The notes beneath the pieces were generated by a model. It was not told the DNA's origin. It searched no databases and saw nothing but the letters and a program-made list of their open reading frames with translations. Both the position numbers and the translations under genes were made by a program. From Gammaproteobacteria bacterium (lineage in GTDB: Bacteria; Pseudomonadota; Gammaproteobacteria; Arenicellales; Poriferihabitantaceae), in assembly GCA_022826305.1 (NCBI GenBank), contig JAJDVC010000071.1:1-43360 (forward strand): 43,360 bases of DNA, written 5' to 3'. Below are positions 18,003 through 28,727 of this stretch, in pieces. Position 1 is the stretch's first letter. Each line of letters starts with the position of its first letter.

Positions 18003-19844
18003 ATGCCCGACGATTCCGGTAGATTCGAGATGTTCTCGTCACCCCGATGGAACGGACGATTCTCGATCACGGTCACGCTCGCGACAGCGATTTCTCTTCT
18101 CGTGCTCATATCCGTCGGCGGCGTACTTGGTGTCGGCATGTGGCTTGCCAGCAAGAACACCCTGAAGTTGATGAGCGCCAACGCCAACCAGAGCCTTGCC
18201 AATATGGTTGATCGGATCGAGCATCATTTGCTGCCGGCCGAGGATCAGGCCCGTTTCATCGCCGAGCGTATCAGGAGAGGCGAATTCGACCCTCAGGATC
18301 GTGCGACGCTTGGCCGCCTGCTCACGGGCGGTCTGGCTGGTGTGCCGCAAATCGAGTCACTGTCCTTTATCGATACCGGATTGAAGAAGTTCTTTGCCGC
18401 ACGCCACGAGGGCGACCGCCTCGAGATGGATGAACTGGACCATTCTCGGGATCCGAGATTCCGTGAATATCTGGCATCCATGCCACAGGAACCGCACTGG
18501 ATACCTCCGTTCTGGATTGAGCGTCATAAGGGTACCTATTTCAGTCGGGTTCATCCAGTGCGCCGCGCCGACAGGCTTGTTGGGGCTGCAGTCGCGACGG
18601 CATCGATTCAGGAACTCTCGGCCTATGTTCGCAAGGTCGGCAAGGACGACCCTGGAACACGATTCGTTCTGTACGGGCGTGACCGCGTGCTGGCCCATCC
18701 GTTCATGGTGCGCGACTATCCCGGTCTTTCGCTGGATGATCCGCTGCCCCCTCTTGAGGGGTTTCAGGATACTGTTCTGGCTTCGATATGGCAGGAAGAG
18801 GGGCGATCCGATCTGATTATCTCTCTTGCACAGGGGACGAATGGACATACGGTCCGGATCGATGGGGAATACCACGCCTTCATGTATCGTCGCCTGCACG
18901 GTTTCGGGTCGAAGCCGTTGGCTGTCGGTGTCTGGTTCCATGTCGAGGATGTTGGTGCTGAGCTTCGTCGAATGACTGTTGCTCTGGTTGTCGGAATTGG
19001 TGCCCTGATTGTGTCGATCTTCGCTGCTGTCATGCTTGGTCGACGTATTGCCCGGCCCATTGTGCGGTTTTCCGTCGCCGCTGGACAGGTTCGCCAGCTC
19101 AATATCGGCGAGATCGACGACCTGCCGGGGAGCGTCTTCCGCGAGCTTGATCAGCAGGCCAGATCTTTCAATGCAATGCTGAGCGCACTGCGTTGGTTCG
19201 AACTGTACGTGCCCAGGAAGATTGTCGGACGGTTGGTCAAGCAGGGCGAGATCGAGGACACGATCTCTTCGGTGCATGAGATCACGGTCATGTTCACCGA
19301 CATCGTCGGATTCTCGTCCATGGTCGAGCGCTTGTCGGCTCCCGAGGTTGCCGCACTGGTCAATCGTCACTTTGAAATCGTCGCAGGTTGCATCGAGGTT
19401 GAAGATGGTACGGTCGACAAGTTCATCGGTGATTCGGTGATGGCTTTCTGGGGTGCGCCGGAGGCCCAGGATGATGCCGCTGAACGTGCCTGCCGTGCCG
19501 CCCTCGCGATCGCCGACGGCATCCGGATGGAAAATGTCTTGCGCCGAGCGGACGGTGAGGCCCCGCTGGGTGTCCGCATCGGCGTCCATACCGGCAGTGC
19601 CACGGTTGGCAATATCGGTGCGCCGGGCCGACTCAACTACACGATTATCGGTGATACGGTGAATGTTGGTCAGCGCCTGGAGCAGCTCGGCAAGACACTG
19701 TGTTCTGTGGATGGTGAAACGGTTATTCTTGTCAGTGGTGCGACAGTGGCGTGTCTTGGTACGGGCTTTCATCCTGTGCCGGTTGGCAGGTATTCGGTGA
19801 AGGGACGTATCGGTGAGATCGATGTCTTCAGACTGGGTGCCTGA
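18003..19844 (+). CDS. Membrane-bound class III adenylate/guanylate cyclase with a periplasmic sensor and HAMP domain
   Basis: There are two TM segments (ITVTLATAISLLVLISVGG and VALVVGIGALIVSIFAAVMLG) and a HAMP-like linker. The cyclase motifs are ITVMFTDIVGFS and KFIGDSVMAFWGAP. The start is uncertain (17943, 18003 or 18030). Confidence 0.85.
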   Translation: MPDDSGRFEMFSSPRWNGRFSITVTLATAISLLVLISVGGVLGVGMWLASKNTLKLMSANANQSLANMVDRIEHHLLPAEDQARFIAERIRRGEFDPQDRATLGRLLTGGLAGVPQIESLSFIDTGLKKFFAARHEGDRLEMDELDHSRDPRFREYLASMPQEPHWIPPFWIERHKGTYFSRVHPVRRADRLVGAAVATASIQELSAYVRKVGKDDPGTRFVLYGRDRVLAHPFMVRDYPGLSLDDPLPPLEGFQDTVLASIWQEEGRSDLIISLAQGTNGHTVRIDGEYHAFMYRRLHGFGSKPLAVGVWFHVEDVGAELRRMTVALVVGIGALIVSIFAAVMLGRRIARPIVRFSVAAGQVRQLNIGEIDDLPGSVFRELDQQARSFNAMLSALRWFELYVPRKIVGRLVKQGEIEDTISSVHEITVMFTDIVGFSSMVERLSAPEVAALVNRHFEIVAGCIEVEDGTVDKFIGDSVMAFWGAPEAQDDAAERACRAALAIADGIRMENVLRRADGEAPLGVRIGVHTGSATVGNIGAPGRLNYTIIGDTVNVGQRLEQLGKTLCSVDGETVILVSGATVACLGTGFHPVPVGRYSVKGRIGEIDVFRLGA

Positions 19845-20173
19845 GTCCAGCAGGAGATACGTCGGCAATGGCCGGGCCAGGGACCATGGGAGGATGGTCA
19901 TGACGTTTCAGGATGGGTCGACAAGTCAGTTCTCTGGAACTGAAGGTTTCGCTGCGGATGCTGAGTGCGACGCTGGTTCACCCGGAGCATCGGGAGGAAG
20001 CGCCGCCGCTATCCCTCCGTTTGGGCTACGCCTTCAAGCGAATGATGTATTTCGGAGCGGAGGTGGGGATGCGAAAAATTCCATTTTCATGGTGCACGAT
20101 GGATTTGGCATACTCCACTCATCGGCACCTGTGCCAGAAATGAACTGATGTTCATTGAGGCCATGGGAGCGAT

Positions 20174-21169
20174 ATGACAGGTCTGTATCAGGACACACTG
20201 GTTGAAGAACTGCTTCACGGGGTAAATTCGGTGCTGCACCGGTGGGGATTATCGGCTGATTCCGGTCTCAGCCTGTTATGCATTTCCGAAAACGCCACCT
20301 TTCGCGCCGATGATCCCGAACGCGATCGCCCGGTGGTGTTCAGAGTACACCGTCCGGGATATCACGGATACGATGAAATCGTATCCGAACTTGCCTGGAT
20401 CAATGATCTGCGCACTAACCGGGTGGTTGAAACCCCTTGTCCGCTTGAAGACAGGGAAGGTGAACTTGTTGCCAGTTTTCGGCACCGTGGCGAACTGCGT
20501 TACCTTGTTGCGTTCGAATTCATGCCCGGGGTCGAGCCCGGCGAATCGGATGACCTGAACGACGGTTTTCGCCAGCTGGGTGAAATTACCGCACGCCTGC
20601 ATCAGCACGCGAGGTGCTGGCAAACGCCGCCCGGCTTCGACAGGAAGGTCTGGAATTTCGAGACGATGCTGGGTAGTCAGCCCCACTGGGGTGACTGGCG
20701 CAATGCGCTCGGTCTTGATCCAGACGGCGAAAATCTGCTGGCCGGCTGTGTTTCCCTGTTGTCACGTCAACTTGATGAATACGGCGCCGGCCCCGAGCGA
20801 TTTGGCCTGATTCACGCCGATTTGCGCCTCGCCAACCTGTTGGCGGAAGACGGCCGGCTGGCAGTCATAGACTTCGACGACTGCGGATTCGGCTGGTACC
20901 TGTACGATTTCGCCGCCGCGATCAGCTTTATCGAGACCTCGCCGCAAATACCCGCATTGCAGCAGGCGTGGGTACAGGGCTACCGCAAGGTCGCGTCGCT
21001 CAGTCCCCGAGACGAATCCGCGATACCCATGTTCATCATGTTACGCCGCCTGCTTCTGACCGCCTGGATCGCAAGCCATGCAGAAACTCCCACCGCCAGG
21101 GAACTGGGGAGTGGCTACACTGGCGATACCGTGCAACTGGCACGTGACTATCTGCAACATCATGGTTAG
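20174..21169 (+). CDS. Aminoglycoside/homoserine-kinase-type phosphotransferase family protein (APH fold)
   Basis: 331 aa with the catalytic loop HADLRLANLL and the metal-binding motif VIDFDDCGFG. GGGAG precedes the ATG. Confidence 0.8.
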   Translation: MTGLYQDTLVEELLHGVNSVLHRWGLSADSGLSLLCISENATFRADDPERDRPVVFRVHRPGYHGYDEIVSELAWINDLRTNRVVETPCPLEDREGELVASFRHRGELRYLVAFEFMPGVEPGESDDLNDGFRQLGEITARLHQHARCWQTPPGFDRKVWNFETMLGSQPHWGDWRNALGLDPDGENLLAGCVSLLSRQLDEYGAGPERFGLIHADLRLANLLAEDGRLAVIDFDDCGFGWYLYDFAAAISFIETSPQIPALQQAWVQGYRKVASLSPRDESAIPMFIMLRRLLLTAWIASHAETPTARELGSGYTGDTVQLARDYLQHHG

Positions 21170-21353
21170 CTGAAATACTGTTCCTTCCTTATGCGGCTCA
21201 GCATCTGCACCGCGGGTTGAAATTCAGGAATCCTTTCAAGGCTCCCGGCAGGTCCTGCCCCGGACCGCTGGCCGGAGCACGAAGGGAGTCTGATATCCGC
21301 ACGGGAGCATGGTGCCAGTTTGAAATCCGGACCAGTGCAGGTCCGTGGAACGT

Positions 21354-21370
21354 TGCACAATTACGGTGCG
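21354..21370. promoter_or_regulatory. Candidate NtrC (enhancer-binding protein) site
   Basis: TGCACA-ATTAC-GGTGCG matches the TGCACC-N5-GGTGCA dyad at 10 of 12 positions. It lies about 65-80 bp upstream of the sigma54 promoter. Confidence 0.35.
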
Positions 21371-21412
21371 GGCGGAAGCATGATCCGGGTTCGGGAAAGG
21401 GTAACCTGTTGA

Positions 21413-21850
<438 letters not shown>

Positions 21851-21884
21851 TCTGGCAACAAGCAAACAACCTGACGGGATTTGA

Positions 21885-23156
21885 ATGATGGAAAACAGTA
21901 TTTTTCACGTCCAGTATGCTCTGGATACGTTTTATTTTCTTGTGTGCGGTGCACTGGTGATGTGGATGGCTGCCGGATTCGCCATGCTGGAGGCGGGACT
22001 GGTACGCTCAAAGAACACCGCCGAGATTCTGACCAAGAATGTTGCCCTGTACTCGATCGCATGCACTGCCTATCTGATATGCGGATATCAGGTCATGTAC
22101 GGCGGCGGGTGGTTCCTGGAGGGGATGCCCGATCTGGATGTGGCATCGGTACTGGCGGAGTTTTCCGGGCGGGATGGCGGCGTCGAGGGAGAGGCGATCT
22201 ATTCCGGGGCCTCGGATTTCTTCTTCCAGGTGGTTTTCGTTGCGACGGCAATGTCCATCGTATCGGGTGCGGTGGCGGAGCGCATGAAGCTCTGGGCGTT
22301 CCTGGCGTTTTCGGTGGTCATGACCGCTGTTATCTATCCGGTTGAGGGAAACTGGACCTGGGGTGGCGGGACCGTTTTCGGAATGTACAGTCTGGCGGAT
22401 CTGGGATTCAGTGATTTCGCCGGCTCCGGCATTGTCCATATGGCGGGTGCGGCCGCGGCGCTTGCCGGCGTCCTTCTGCTCGGGCCGCGGAAGGGGAAAT
22501 ACTCCAGCGACGGCAAGGTCAATGCCATACCGGGGGCCAACATGCCGCTCGCCACGCTGGGCACCCTTGTCCTGTGGATGGGATGGTTCGGCTTCAACGG
22601 AGGGTCTGTTCTCAAGCTTGGGGATATCGCCAGTTCGCACAGTGTGGCAATGGTCTTCGTGAATACCAATGCAGCGGCGGCTGGCGGGGCACTCGCTGCA
22701 TTGGTACTGGCGCAGATCCTGTACCGCAAGGCGGATCTCACCATGATGCTGAGCGGTGCGCTGGCAGGACTGGTGGTGATCACGGCCGAGCCCCTGACCC
22801 CGACCCCCTTCCTGTCCGTCCTGTTCGGCGCACTGGGCGGTGTGCTGGCGGTTTTCAGTATCGTGTTCATGGACAAGCTGAGAATCGATGACCCGGTCGG
22901 TGCGATCTCGATACACGGTACCTGCGGGATGCTGGGACTTGTGCTGGTTCCGCTGACCAACGATTCCGTCAGCCTTTACGGGCAACTGGTCGGTGCCGCA
23001 ACGATCCTTGTCTGGGTCTTTGCAGTCAGCTGGGTTGTCTGGATGATTCTGAAACGCACCATGGGGATAAGGGTGGCGGCGGAAGATGAGTACAGCGGAA
23101 TGGACCTCGTCGACTGCGGTATGGAGGCCTATCCGGAATTTGCCAAGAGTCCGTGA
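21885..23156 (+). CDS. amtB: Ammonium transporter
   Basis: 423 aa and polytopic. Motifs seen: AGFAMLEAGLVRSKN, DFAGSGIVHMAGA and GAISIHGTCGMLG (the twin-His context of the Amt family). Confidence 0.95.
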   Translation: MMENSIFHVQYALDTFYFLVCGALVMWMAAGFAMLEAGLVRSKNTAEILTKNVALYSIACTAYLICGYQVMYGGGWFLEGMPDLDVASVLAEFSGRDGGVEGEAIYSGASDFFFQVVFVATAMSIVSGAVAERMKLWAFLAFSVVMTAVIYPVEGNWTWGGGTVFGMYSLADLGFSDFAGSGIVHMAGAAAALAGVLLLGPRKGKYSSDGKVNAIPGANMPLATLGTLVLWMGWFGFNGGSVLKLGDIASSHSVAMVFVNTNAAAAGGALAALVLAQILYRKADLTMMLSGALAGLVVITAEPLTPTPFLSVLFGALGGVLAVFSIVFMDKLRIDDPVGAISIHGTCGMLGLVLVPLTNDSVSLYGQLVGAATILVWVFAVSWVVWMILKRTMGIRVAAEDEYSGMDLVDCGMEAYPEFAKSP

Positions 23157-23796
23157 TGACAGCAGCCTTTTACGGGAGGCTGGAGGGATCGCATATCTTC
23201 GGGTAACTGCCGCCCTGGGAGGCCGAGGTGAAGGCAAAGGCATTTTACCGGATCCTTCCGACATGTTTTCCGGAGCATGGTCCCAGGAGGCAAAAAACGC
23301 GGCTTGCTGAACTTCTGGTGAATCCCCTGGCAGCTATCTTCACTGGTTTCGTTGTTCCAGTTCTGCTGAAGGGTAATCAAACTGTTGGACAATGCGTCTT
23401 GTCTGACGGGAGACCGCCTCTGCGACCAGCTCGGTAAACGACTTTTTGCTGGTAGAATAAACCTCTGTTGTCTGGAGTCAGGACCGAATTTGCAGATCAA
23501 TCTCCATGGTTTCGGCAGTCAGTCTGTAGCCATGACCATCGAAGGCCCTTCAAGGTATTGTCGTGAGATAGCATGTGCTCTCATCATGGTTGCCATGAGG
23601 CCGTCAAGCAGGGCATTTCAGGGTATGCAAGGGAATCATCTGCACACCAGCGGTTCTGGAACCTTGCGATTGCATTGTGTGATACATGCTCAGGCGTTTC
23701 GGCATTACCATATACAATTCCCGAATGTTTCCCTGGAAAGGTACTTGCATGCGGCGCATGAAAGGGGTTGGCGTGACAGCTTTCCGGTAGCCAGAG

Positions 23797-24996
23797 ATGA
23801 TTTCCCATCAAGGTTTATCTGACAGTCGCCATCGCGGCTTTCTTGTCCGGGTTTGTGCGATTGCCATCCCCTTGCTGCTCGGTGTGAATCCGGACGGTTT
23901 TTCGGATACCTCCGAATCGCGAGAGTATCGCTCCGAGAAGCATTCTTTCCGCCTCGTTCCGGTCGGTGGGCCATTCGATCAGGCCTGGGGCATGGCATTT
24001 CTCCCCGACGGACGAATACTGGTGACTGAACTGGACGGCAGACTCCGCATCCTGCGGCCCGGAAAGAGGCCTTCAGATCCGCTTCCCGGTCTGCCGCAGA
24101 TTGAGGCCTACGGTCAGGGCGGATTGATGGATGTTGCTCTCGACCCGGATTTTGCGACCAACAAACAGCTCTATCTGAGCCATGTCTGGGATGTTGCAGG
24201 AGGCAAGACAACTGCTGTCAGCACGGCACGGCTGGATGGCGACCGGCTTCACGGGTTCAAGGTGATCTTCATCGGCCGAGCAGGAAGCCGTTCAGGCCGG
24301 CATTTCGGTTCACGACTGAGATTTGCTGCGGACGGCAAGCTGTTCGTCACCATCGGCGACCGCGCTTCCCGGCCCAACGCCCAGGATCTTGCCAATCATG
24401 CCGGTGCAATCCTCAGGCTCAACCCTGACGGTACGGTGCCTGGCGACAATCCATTCGTTGGTCGTGCGGGGGCGTTGCCGGAGATCTGGTCCTACGGCCA
24501 CCGCAACCCGCAGGGCCTTGCCGTCGATCCCGATACTGGCAGACTGTGGTCGCAGGAACATGGGCCGCGGGGAGGTGACGAGGTCAACCTGATTGAGCGT
24601 GGGCGGAACTACGGGTGGCCGACGATCACTTACGGACGAAATTATGTCGGCACCAAAATCACCGACGAGACCGCACGCGAAGGCATGGAGCAGCCCGTTA
24701 CCTACTGGGTGCCGTCTATCGCCCCTTCGGGATTGACGGTCTATCGCGGCGACAGGTTTCCCCTGTGGAACGGCAACCTGTTTGTCGGCGCACTGCGCGC
24801 CAGGCTTCTTGTCCGGATGGAACTTGATGGAGAGCGGGTAATTCATGAGGAGCATCTGCTGACGGATTTCGGTAACCGTATCCGCGACGTCCGTACCGGA
24901 CCCGACGGCTCGATCTATCTGCTGCTGGACGAGAACGACGCTGCGATCTGGCGTCTGGAGCCGCTCCAGGAGCCTGCGCCGAAGAAGCCCGGATGA
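23797..24996 (+). CDS. PQQ-dependent soluble sugar (aldose/sorbosone) dehydrogenase, YliI-like
   Basis: 399 aa with a signal-like N-terminus. Motifs seen: GHRNPQGLAVDP, EHGPRGGDEVN and GRNYGWP. Confidence 0.85.
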   Translation: MISHQGLSDSRHRGFLVRVCAIAIPLLLGVNPDGFSDTSESREYRSEKHSFRLVPVGGPFDQAWGMAFLPDGRILVTELDGRLRILRPGKRPSDPLPGLPQIEAYGQGGLMDVALDPDFATNKQLYLSHVWDVAGGKTTAVSTARLDGDRLHGFKVIFIGRAGSRSGRHFGSRLRFAADGKLFVTIGDRASRPNAQDLANHAGAILRLNPDGTVPGDNPFVGRAGALPEIWSYGHRNPQGLAVDPDTGRLWSQEHGPRGGDEVNLIERGRNYGWPTITYGRNYVGTKITDETAREGMEQPVTYWVPSIAPSGLTVYRGDRFPLWNGNLFVGALRARLLVRMELDGERVIHEEHLLTDFGNRIRDVRTGPDGSIYLLLDENDAAIWRLEPLQEPAPKKPG

Positions 24997-25031
24997 GATA
25001 ATACAGAGGTTGTATTGCAGAGGCTGGTGAG

Positions 25032-25187
25032 ATGCCGACGAGGTTTCGCCGGTACGATCCGGATCAGGGGCTGTTGCTGTCACCGGATCTGAGGGATTGG
25101 TTGCCGGACGGCAACCCGGTGCTCATGCCCTGTGCAGCCAGGCTGAGGCACATTGCGGGAACGCAGTGGGGAACGCGGAAATCCTGA
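25032..25187 (+). pseudogene. Fragment of a transposase N-terminus (IS1182/IS5-superfamily type)
   Basis: A 51-codon ORF reads MPTRFRRYDPDQGLLLSPDLRDWLPDGNPV... This resembles the conserved ..RF...D..Q..LLPP.L.DWLPE.HP.. N-terminus of that transposase group. Nothing transposase-like follows. Confidence 0.4.
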
Positions 25188-25518
25188 TGGATGAACGCTA
25201 TCGGCATGAAGGAGAACAGTTGATCGCGCCCCCCTGACAAATGTGCGAAAAAATATTGGTGCCATCGGCTGTCCTGATTGCCGCAAAGACCGCAACCCCC
25301 TCAGTCTTGCTGATAAAAAACACCTCCCGGTTGCCGGCCCCGGCATAAATCCGTAGCTATCCCAGACTTCACGCTCGCAAGGGTAGACTGGCTATTCGGA
25401 GCAAGCCAAGGTCATGGCATCTGGAAACCATCTTGCCTTCAGGATTCCTGCTGATATTTTTCCAGTCAGTTGGACAGAGAACACGTTGATATGGCCACGT
25501 GGCATCGCCTTGCCGGTA

Positions 25519-27081
25519 TCAGCAACAGATCATGCTCAACAGCGCGCGTGCCCTGCTCATTCCGACATAGTGAAGCGACCGCAAGGTCTCGCTATGCCCG
25601 GGTCTGGGCATGTCGACAAGAACAACCACCTCGCTCTCAAGCCCCTTGAAATCCGTGATCCGTGCAAAACCGATGGTTCGACGACTGGCGTTGCGGGGTG
25701 AACTGTCGTCCAGGACGGAGATCGAGTCCCGCAAATCCCCGGACAGGGAAGACGCCCAGGACTTCGCAAACGGAACGGGAGAAAGCATGACGATGTCTCC
25801 CGGGCTGAATCCCCCGTCATCCATCAGGCCGCAGAGTTCGTTCTCCAGGGACCGGACGGCATCGTCTGCTCCGGCAACCCGAACTTCATGTACCGCAGGA
25901 CCATCTCCGACTCCTGAATTGCCCACATCGGCGTTCAGGTCGTCCTGTATCCGTCGCAGGATCGGCAGCGAATTCCGGCAGTTCGTCTTCAGGGGAATTC
26001 GCACCGGGCCGAAGCTTTCCAGATAGTCATGGGCATCGGGTACATAGGATCCGCACAGCCCGGACTGATTGTTGGAGTCGTGAAAAAAGCACCAGCGGCT
26101 TTCGCTTATGCCGCCATTCAAACAGCCATCCAGCCGGGCCAGCGCATCCATGTTCAATATGTCCTGGCCTTCATCGACGATCAGCGCGTCAAATTTTTCA
26201 ATGCCGGCACGCCTTGCTGTCACATGAATCGAATCCACCAGGCTGACAGTCAGCCCGGGCCCGGCGTTCCGTTCGAGGAAACGCTTGAGCCAGGGCGAAT
26301 GGCAGGCCAGTGCGGTTTTCATTCCGGACGCGCCCCAGCGTTTCGCCAGCTCAAGCGCCAGCATCGTTTTTCCTGTCCCGGCGCCTCCGGAACATACTAC
26401 CCGCGGGTTGGCCTCGACGACATCAATCAACCCCAGCTGATCCGCCGTCAGGCGAGCGATGCGCATTTCCACATCATGGGCGGAAACATGCAGCGGCACG
26501 ACAGCCTCGAAATCGGGTCGCAGGTGTTGCTGCAACAGATTCAGGTGCGAAGGGGTTGCGACAGTCCTGCGGGCATCCTTCGCACGCCAGTACCGAATGA
26601 ATCGTTCCAGCCACTTTTCGAATTGCCTGAAGTCCCGGCCGTCGGCAAGAACGGCGCGATCCCATTCGGCGCTGTCTGGAAGCCGTTCCACATCCGGCAT
26701 GACCACACCGTATCCGACCACGAAATTCCTGGAGACGGTGGCGGGAAGCTTTTTCCGCAAACCATGGAGTGCCCCCTCCGCCTGTCTGAACGGCGACTCC
26801 CGCAATCGCTCGGTTCGGCCATGCCTGTTCGTGGTTTCCCAGACGCCGTGACGGCAGGAAACGCCGCCACCCTTGACCTCCAGCACGAAAAGGCCGTCCG
26901 GTCCGCAGACGACGAAGTCGATTTCTCCGAAACGCTTGTCTTCATGCCGCGGAAGGTTGAGCGAGTGCATGGCAAACCAGACATTCTTGTCCGGCCCGGA
27001 AAATGCCGCGCACAGCTGGTCGAACATGCGCATTTCCGCATTACTGCCGGTTCCCAGGGGCTGGCTGGGGATCATCCGCAT
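25519..27081 (-). CDS. NERD nuclease-domain / SF1 (UvrD-like) helicase fusion protein
   Basis: The start is ATG 27081, or ATG 27075 forming an ATGA overlap with the upstream stop. The NERD core reads FGEIDFVVCGPDGLFVLEVKGG. SF1 motifs seen: SGGAGTGKT (Walker A), ALIVDEGQD (Walker B), KTNCRNS, KGLESEVVVL and YVGMSRARALL. Confidence 0.85.
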   Translation of the reverse strand: MRMIPSQPLGTGSNAEMRMFDQLCAAFSGPDKNVWFAMHSLNLPRHEDKRFGEIDFVVCGPDGLFVLEVKGGGVSCRHGVWETTNRHGRTERLRESPFRQAEGALHGLRKKLPATVSRNFVVGYGVVMPDVERLPDSAEWDRAVLADGRDFRQFEKWLERFIRYWRAKDARRTVATPSHLNLLQQHLRPDFEAVVPLHVSAHDVEMRIARLTADQLGLIDVVEANPRVVCSGGAGTGKTMLALELAKRWGASGMKTALACHSPWLKRFLERNAGPGLTVSLVDSIHVTARRAGIEKFDALIVDEGQDILNMDALARLDGCLNGGISESRWCFFHDSNNQSGLCGSYVPDAHDYLESFGPVRIPLKTNCRNSLPILRRIQDDLNADVGNSGVGDGPAVHEVRVAGADDAVRSLENELCGLMDDGGFSPGDIVMLSPVPFAKSWASSLSGDLRDSISVLDDSSPRNASRRTIGFARITDFKGLESEVVVLVDMPRPGHSETLRSLHYVGMSRARALLSMICC

Positions 27082-28724
27082 GACGGGCCGTTTCCGTTTT
27101 CCCTTGCGTCGATTTCCTCCAGACTGGCAAGTTTGTCGCGCACGCCGGACTCGATCTGAGGATCTATCGGCGGCCATTGACCGAGACGGCGCAGAAATTT
27201 GGCCTCATCCATTTCTTCCGTGACAGTTGATAGCCTGCCCGGCAACACTACCTGCAAGCCCTTTCGTTCAAGGTTTTCAGGTAAATAGCCATCCTCCAGA
27301 GTGATGTGTGTCTGAATGCAGTCGTTCCACCTGCATTTGCTCGCGAGTTCCATGGCTACATCCTTCTTCATGCGGCACCACTCACCACCTGGTGAAGTAA
27401 AAAGTTCTCTCAAGGGTTTCGGGCGTGGCGGCGCCTTCATGTCAAGCTTGTCAGCTTGTTTCTGGTGCTCGGCATCTGCCATGCGATATGCCACATAGGC
27501 AGACATGGCAGGATCGCGCAACTCCCTGGGCAGCCTCAGCCAGCTGTCACGCACACCGAACAGGATTCCAGCAAGAAGATACTCGGCATCACTCAATAGC
27601 GGATGTGAAAATTCCAGCAGGTCCGTGCAATGCTCACGCAGGCAGAACAGTAGTAAAGGTCTCGATAAAGACCCCCTGTGCCGTTCAAGAAGCTCGGTGA
27701 TTGTTCCGCCACCGAGTCCGAGGAAACCACGCATGTCCGAGATCAGTTGCTCCAGACGTGGCCGAAATTCCATTGCCTGCAACAGATCGAGCTGATTCTC
27801 CAGATACGCAAGCGCCACATCAAGGGGCGTTTGCGGGCGTTCCTGCGTCTGTGCTGTGACCAGCGACTGGATAACGCCCCAAAATAGCCGGGCACCGACA
27901 TCGGCCTGTCCGGATACCTCAAACCCGTCCATCCAGTTGGGAAGCTCGGCCAGTACGGGGTCGCTTTGGACCAGTTCATTATCCTTGTCGTGCACGATTC
28001 CAGTTGCCATGCGAAAGGCTGCAAGCCCCAGATCACTGCGATTGGCGATGTGATACAACATCGCAAGCACGCCACCAAGCGCCAGCCCAAAGGCGGGAAA
28101 ATTGTCACTGCCGTCCTCAGGCAACTGCTCCTGTGGCTGCTTTGCCGGCCACGTGACCTTCGTGTCGGAGGAAAACAGCGAATCCGCAATCTCAATCCGA
28201 TAAGGGAACAGATCAACGTTCGAGACATCATCGGCGGCACTTTCGAATGCCTGTTTGTCCTCGGATGAGCAGAAGTTGACACTCGACAGCAAGGTTGTCG
28301 GTAATGGCGCACGGACAAGGAGTGCAATGTCGCCTAGGCGCCTGCGCCAGTGCGCGCTTCGTGAACCAACCTTTTGCATATCTCCAACCTCTCGCATACC
28401 TCCGTCCCGCGACAGTATCCGAACAGGGCCGGACAGATCACTCAAATCGAAAGACGCGATGCAGGGCAACAAATGCTTGCGTTCACTGGTAGCGTGATTC
28501 AGGGCATCAGCTGGAACCTCGAAATTGACATGAAACAAGGGGATCCAGCCGGGATAGACATCCAATGGATCAGCATAGTGCTTGCTTCGAAAACCCGCAG
28601 GACCCATCACCATGCCGGCAGCCAGCATGTAAAGCATGTTCTGGTGGTTGGTTACCAAGTGCCATATGCGCACCGGTTTTCGTCGATTTCGTGGCTTCCT
28701 TGGAGTATCTGGTTTCGTGGTCAT
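27072..28724 (-). CDS. Hypothetical protein, 550 aa, no recognisable motif
   Basis: A long ORF embedded in the operon. Its ATG at 28724 lies 3 nt after the upstream stop, and its stop overlaps the next start. The basic N-terminus (TPRKPRNRRKP) is followed by WHLVTNHQNMLYMLAAGMVMGPAGF. The C-terminal two-thirds is Leu/Glu/Arg-rich. Confidence 0.8.
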   Translation of the reverse strand: MTTKPDTPRKPRNRRKPVRIWHLVTNHQNMLYMLAAGMVMGPAGFRSKHYADPLDVYPGWIPLFHVNFEVPADALNHATSERKHLLPCIASFDLSDLSGPVRILSRDGGMREVGDMQKVGSRSAHWRRRLGDIALLVRAPLPTTLLSSVNFCSSEDKQAFESAADDVSNVDLFPYRIEIADSLFSSDTKVTWPAKQPQEQLPEDGSDNFPAFGLALGGVLAMLYHIANRSDLGLAAFRMATGIVHDKDNELVQSDPVLAELPNWMDGFEVSGQADVGARLFWGVIQSLVTAQTQERPQTPLDVALAYLENQLDLLQAMEFRPRLEQLISDMRGFLGLGGGTITELLERHRGSLSRPLLLFCLREHCTDLLEFSHPLLSDAEYLLAGILFGVRDSWLRLPRELRDPAMSAYVAYRMADAEHQKQADKLDMKAPPRPKPLRELFTSPGGEWCRMKKDVAMELASKCRWNDCIQTHITLEDGYLPENLERKGLQVVLPGRLSTVTEEMDEAKFLRRLGQWPPIDPQIESGVRDKLASLEEIDARENGNGPSCG

Positions 28725-28727
28725 GAC

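Noticed and set aside
19900-20148. 82-codon ORF (MTFQDGSTSQF...) preceded by GGGAGGA, between the cyclase and kinase genes.
   Set aside because: The SD is good, but the product is Gly/Ala/Ser-rich with no motif. It could be a real small protein, but the evidence is insufficient to annotate it.
23341-23508. Minus-strand ribbon-helix-helix-like reading frame (MEIDLQIRS*LQTTEVYSTSKKSFTELVAEAVSRQ...) in the 640-bp gap after amtB, suggesting a dead antitoxin.
   Set aside because: It is interrupted by an in-frame TGA after 9 codons. No partner toxin is recognisable, and the RHH resemblance rests on a short pattern only.
25494-25503. 10-bp palindrome GCCACGTGGC just downstream of the NERD-helicase stop, considered as the operon terminator.
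   Set aside because: It is too short to form a stable hairpin with a loop and has no U-tract. I found no convincing intrinsic terminator for the operon.
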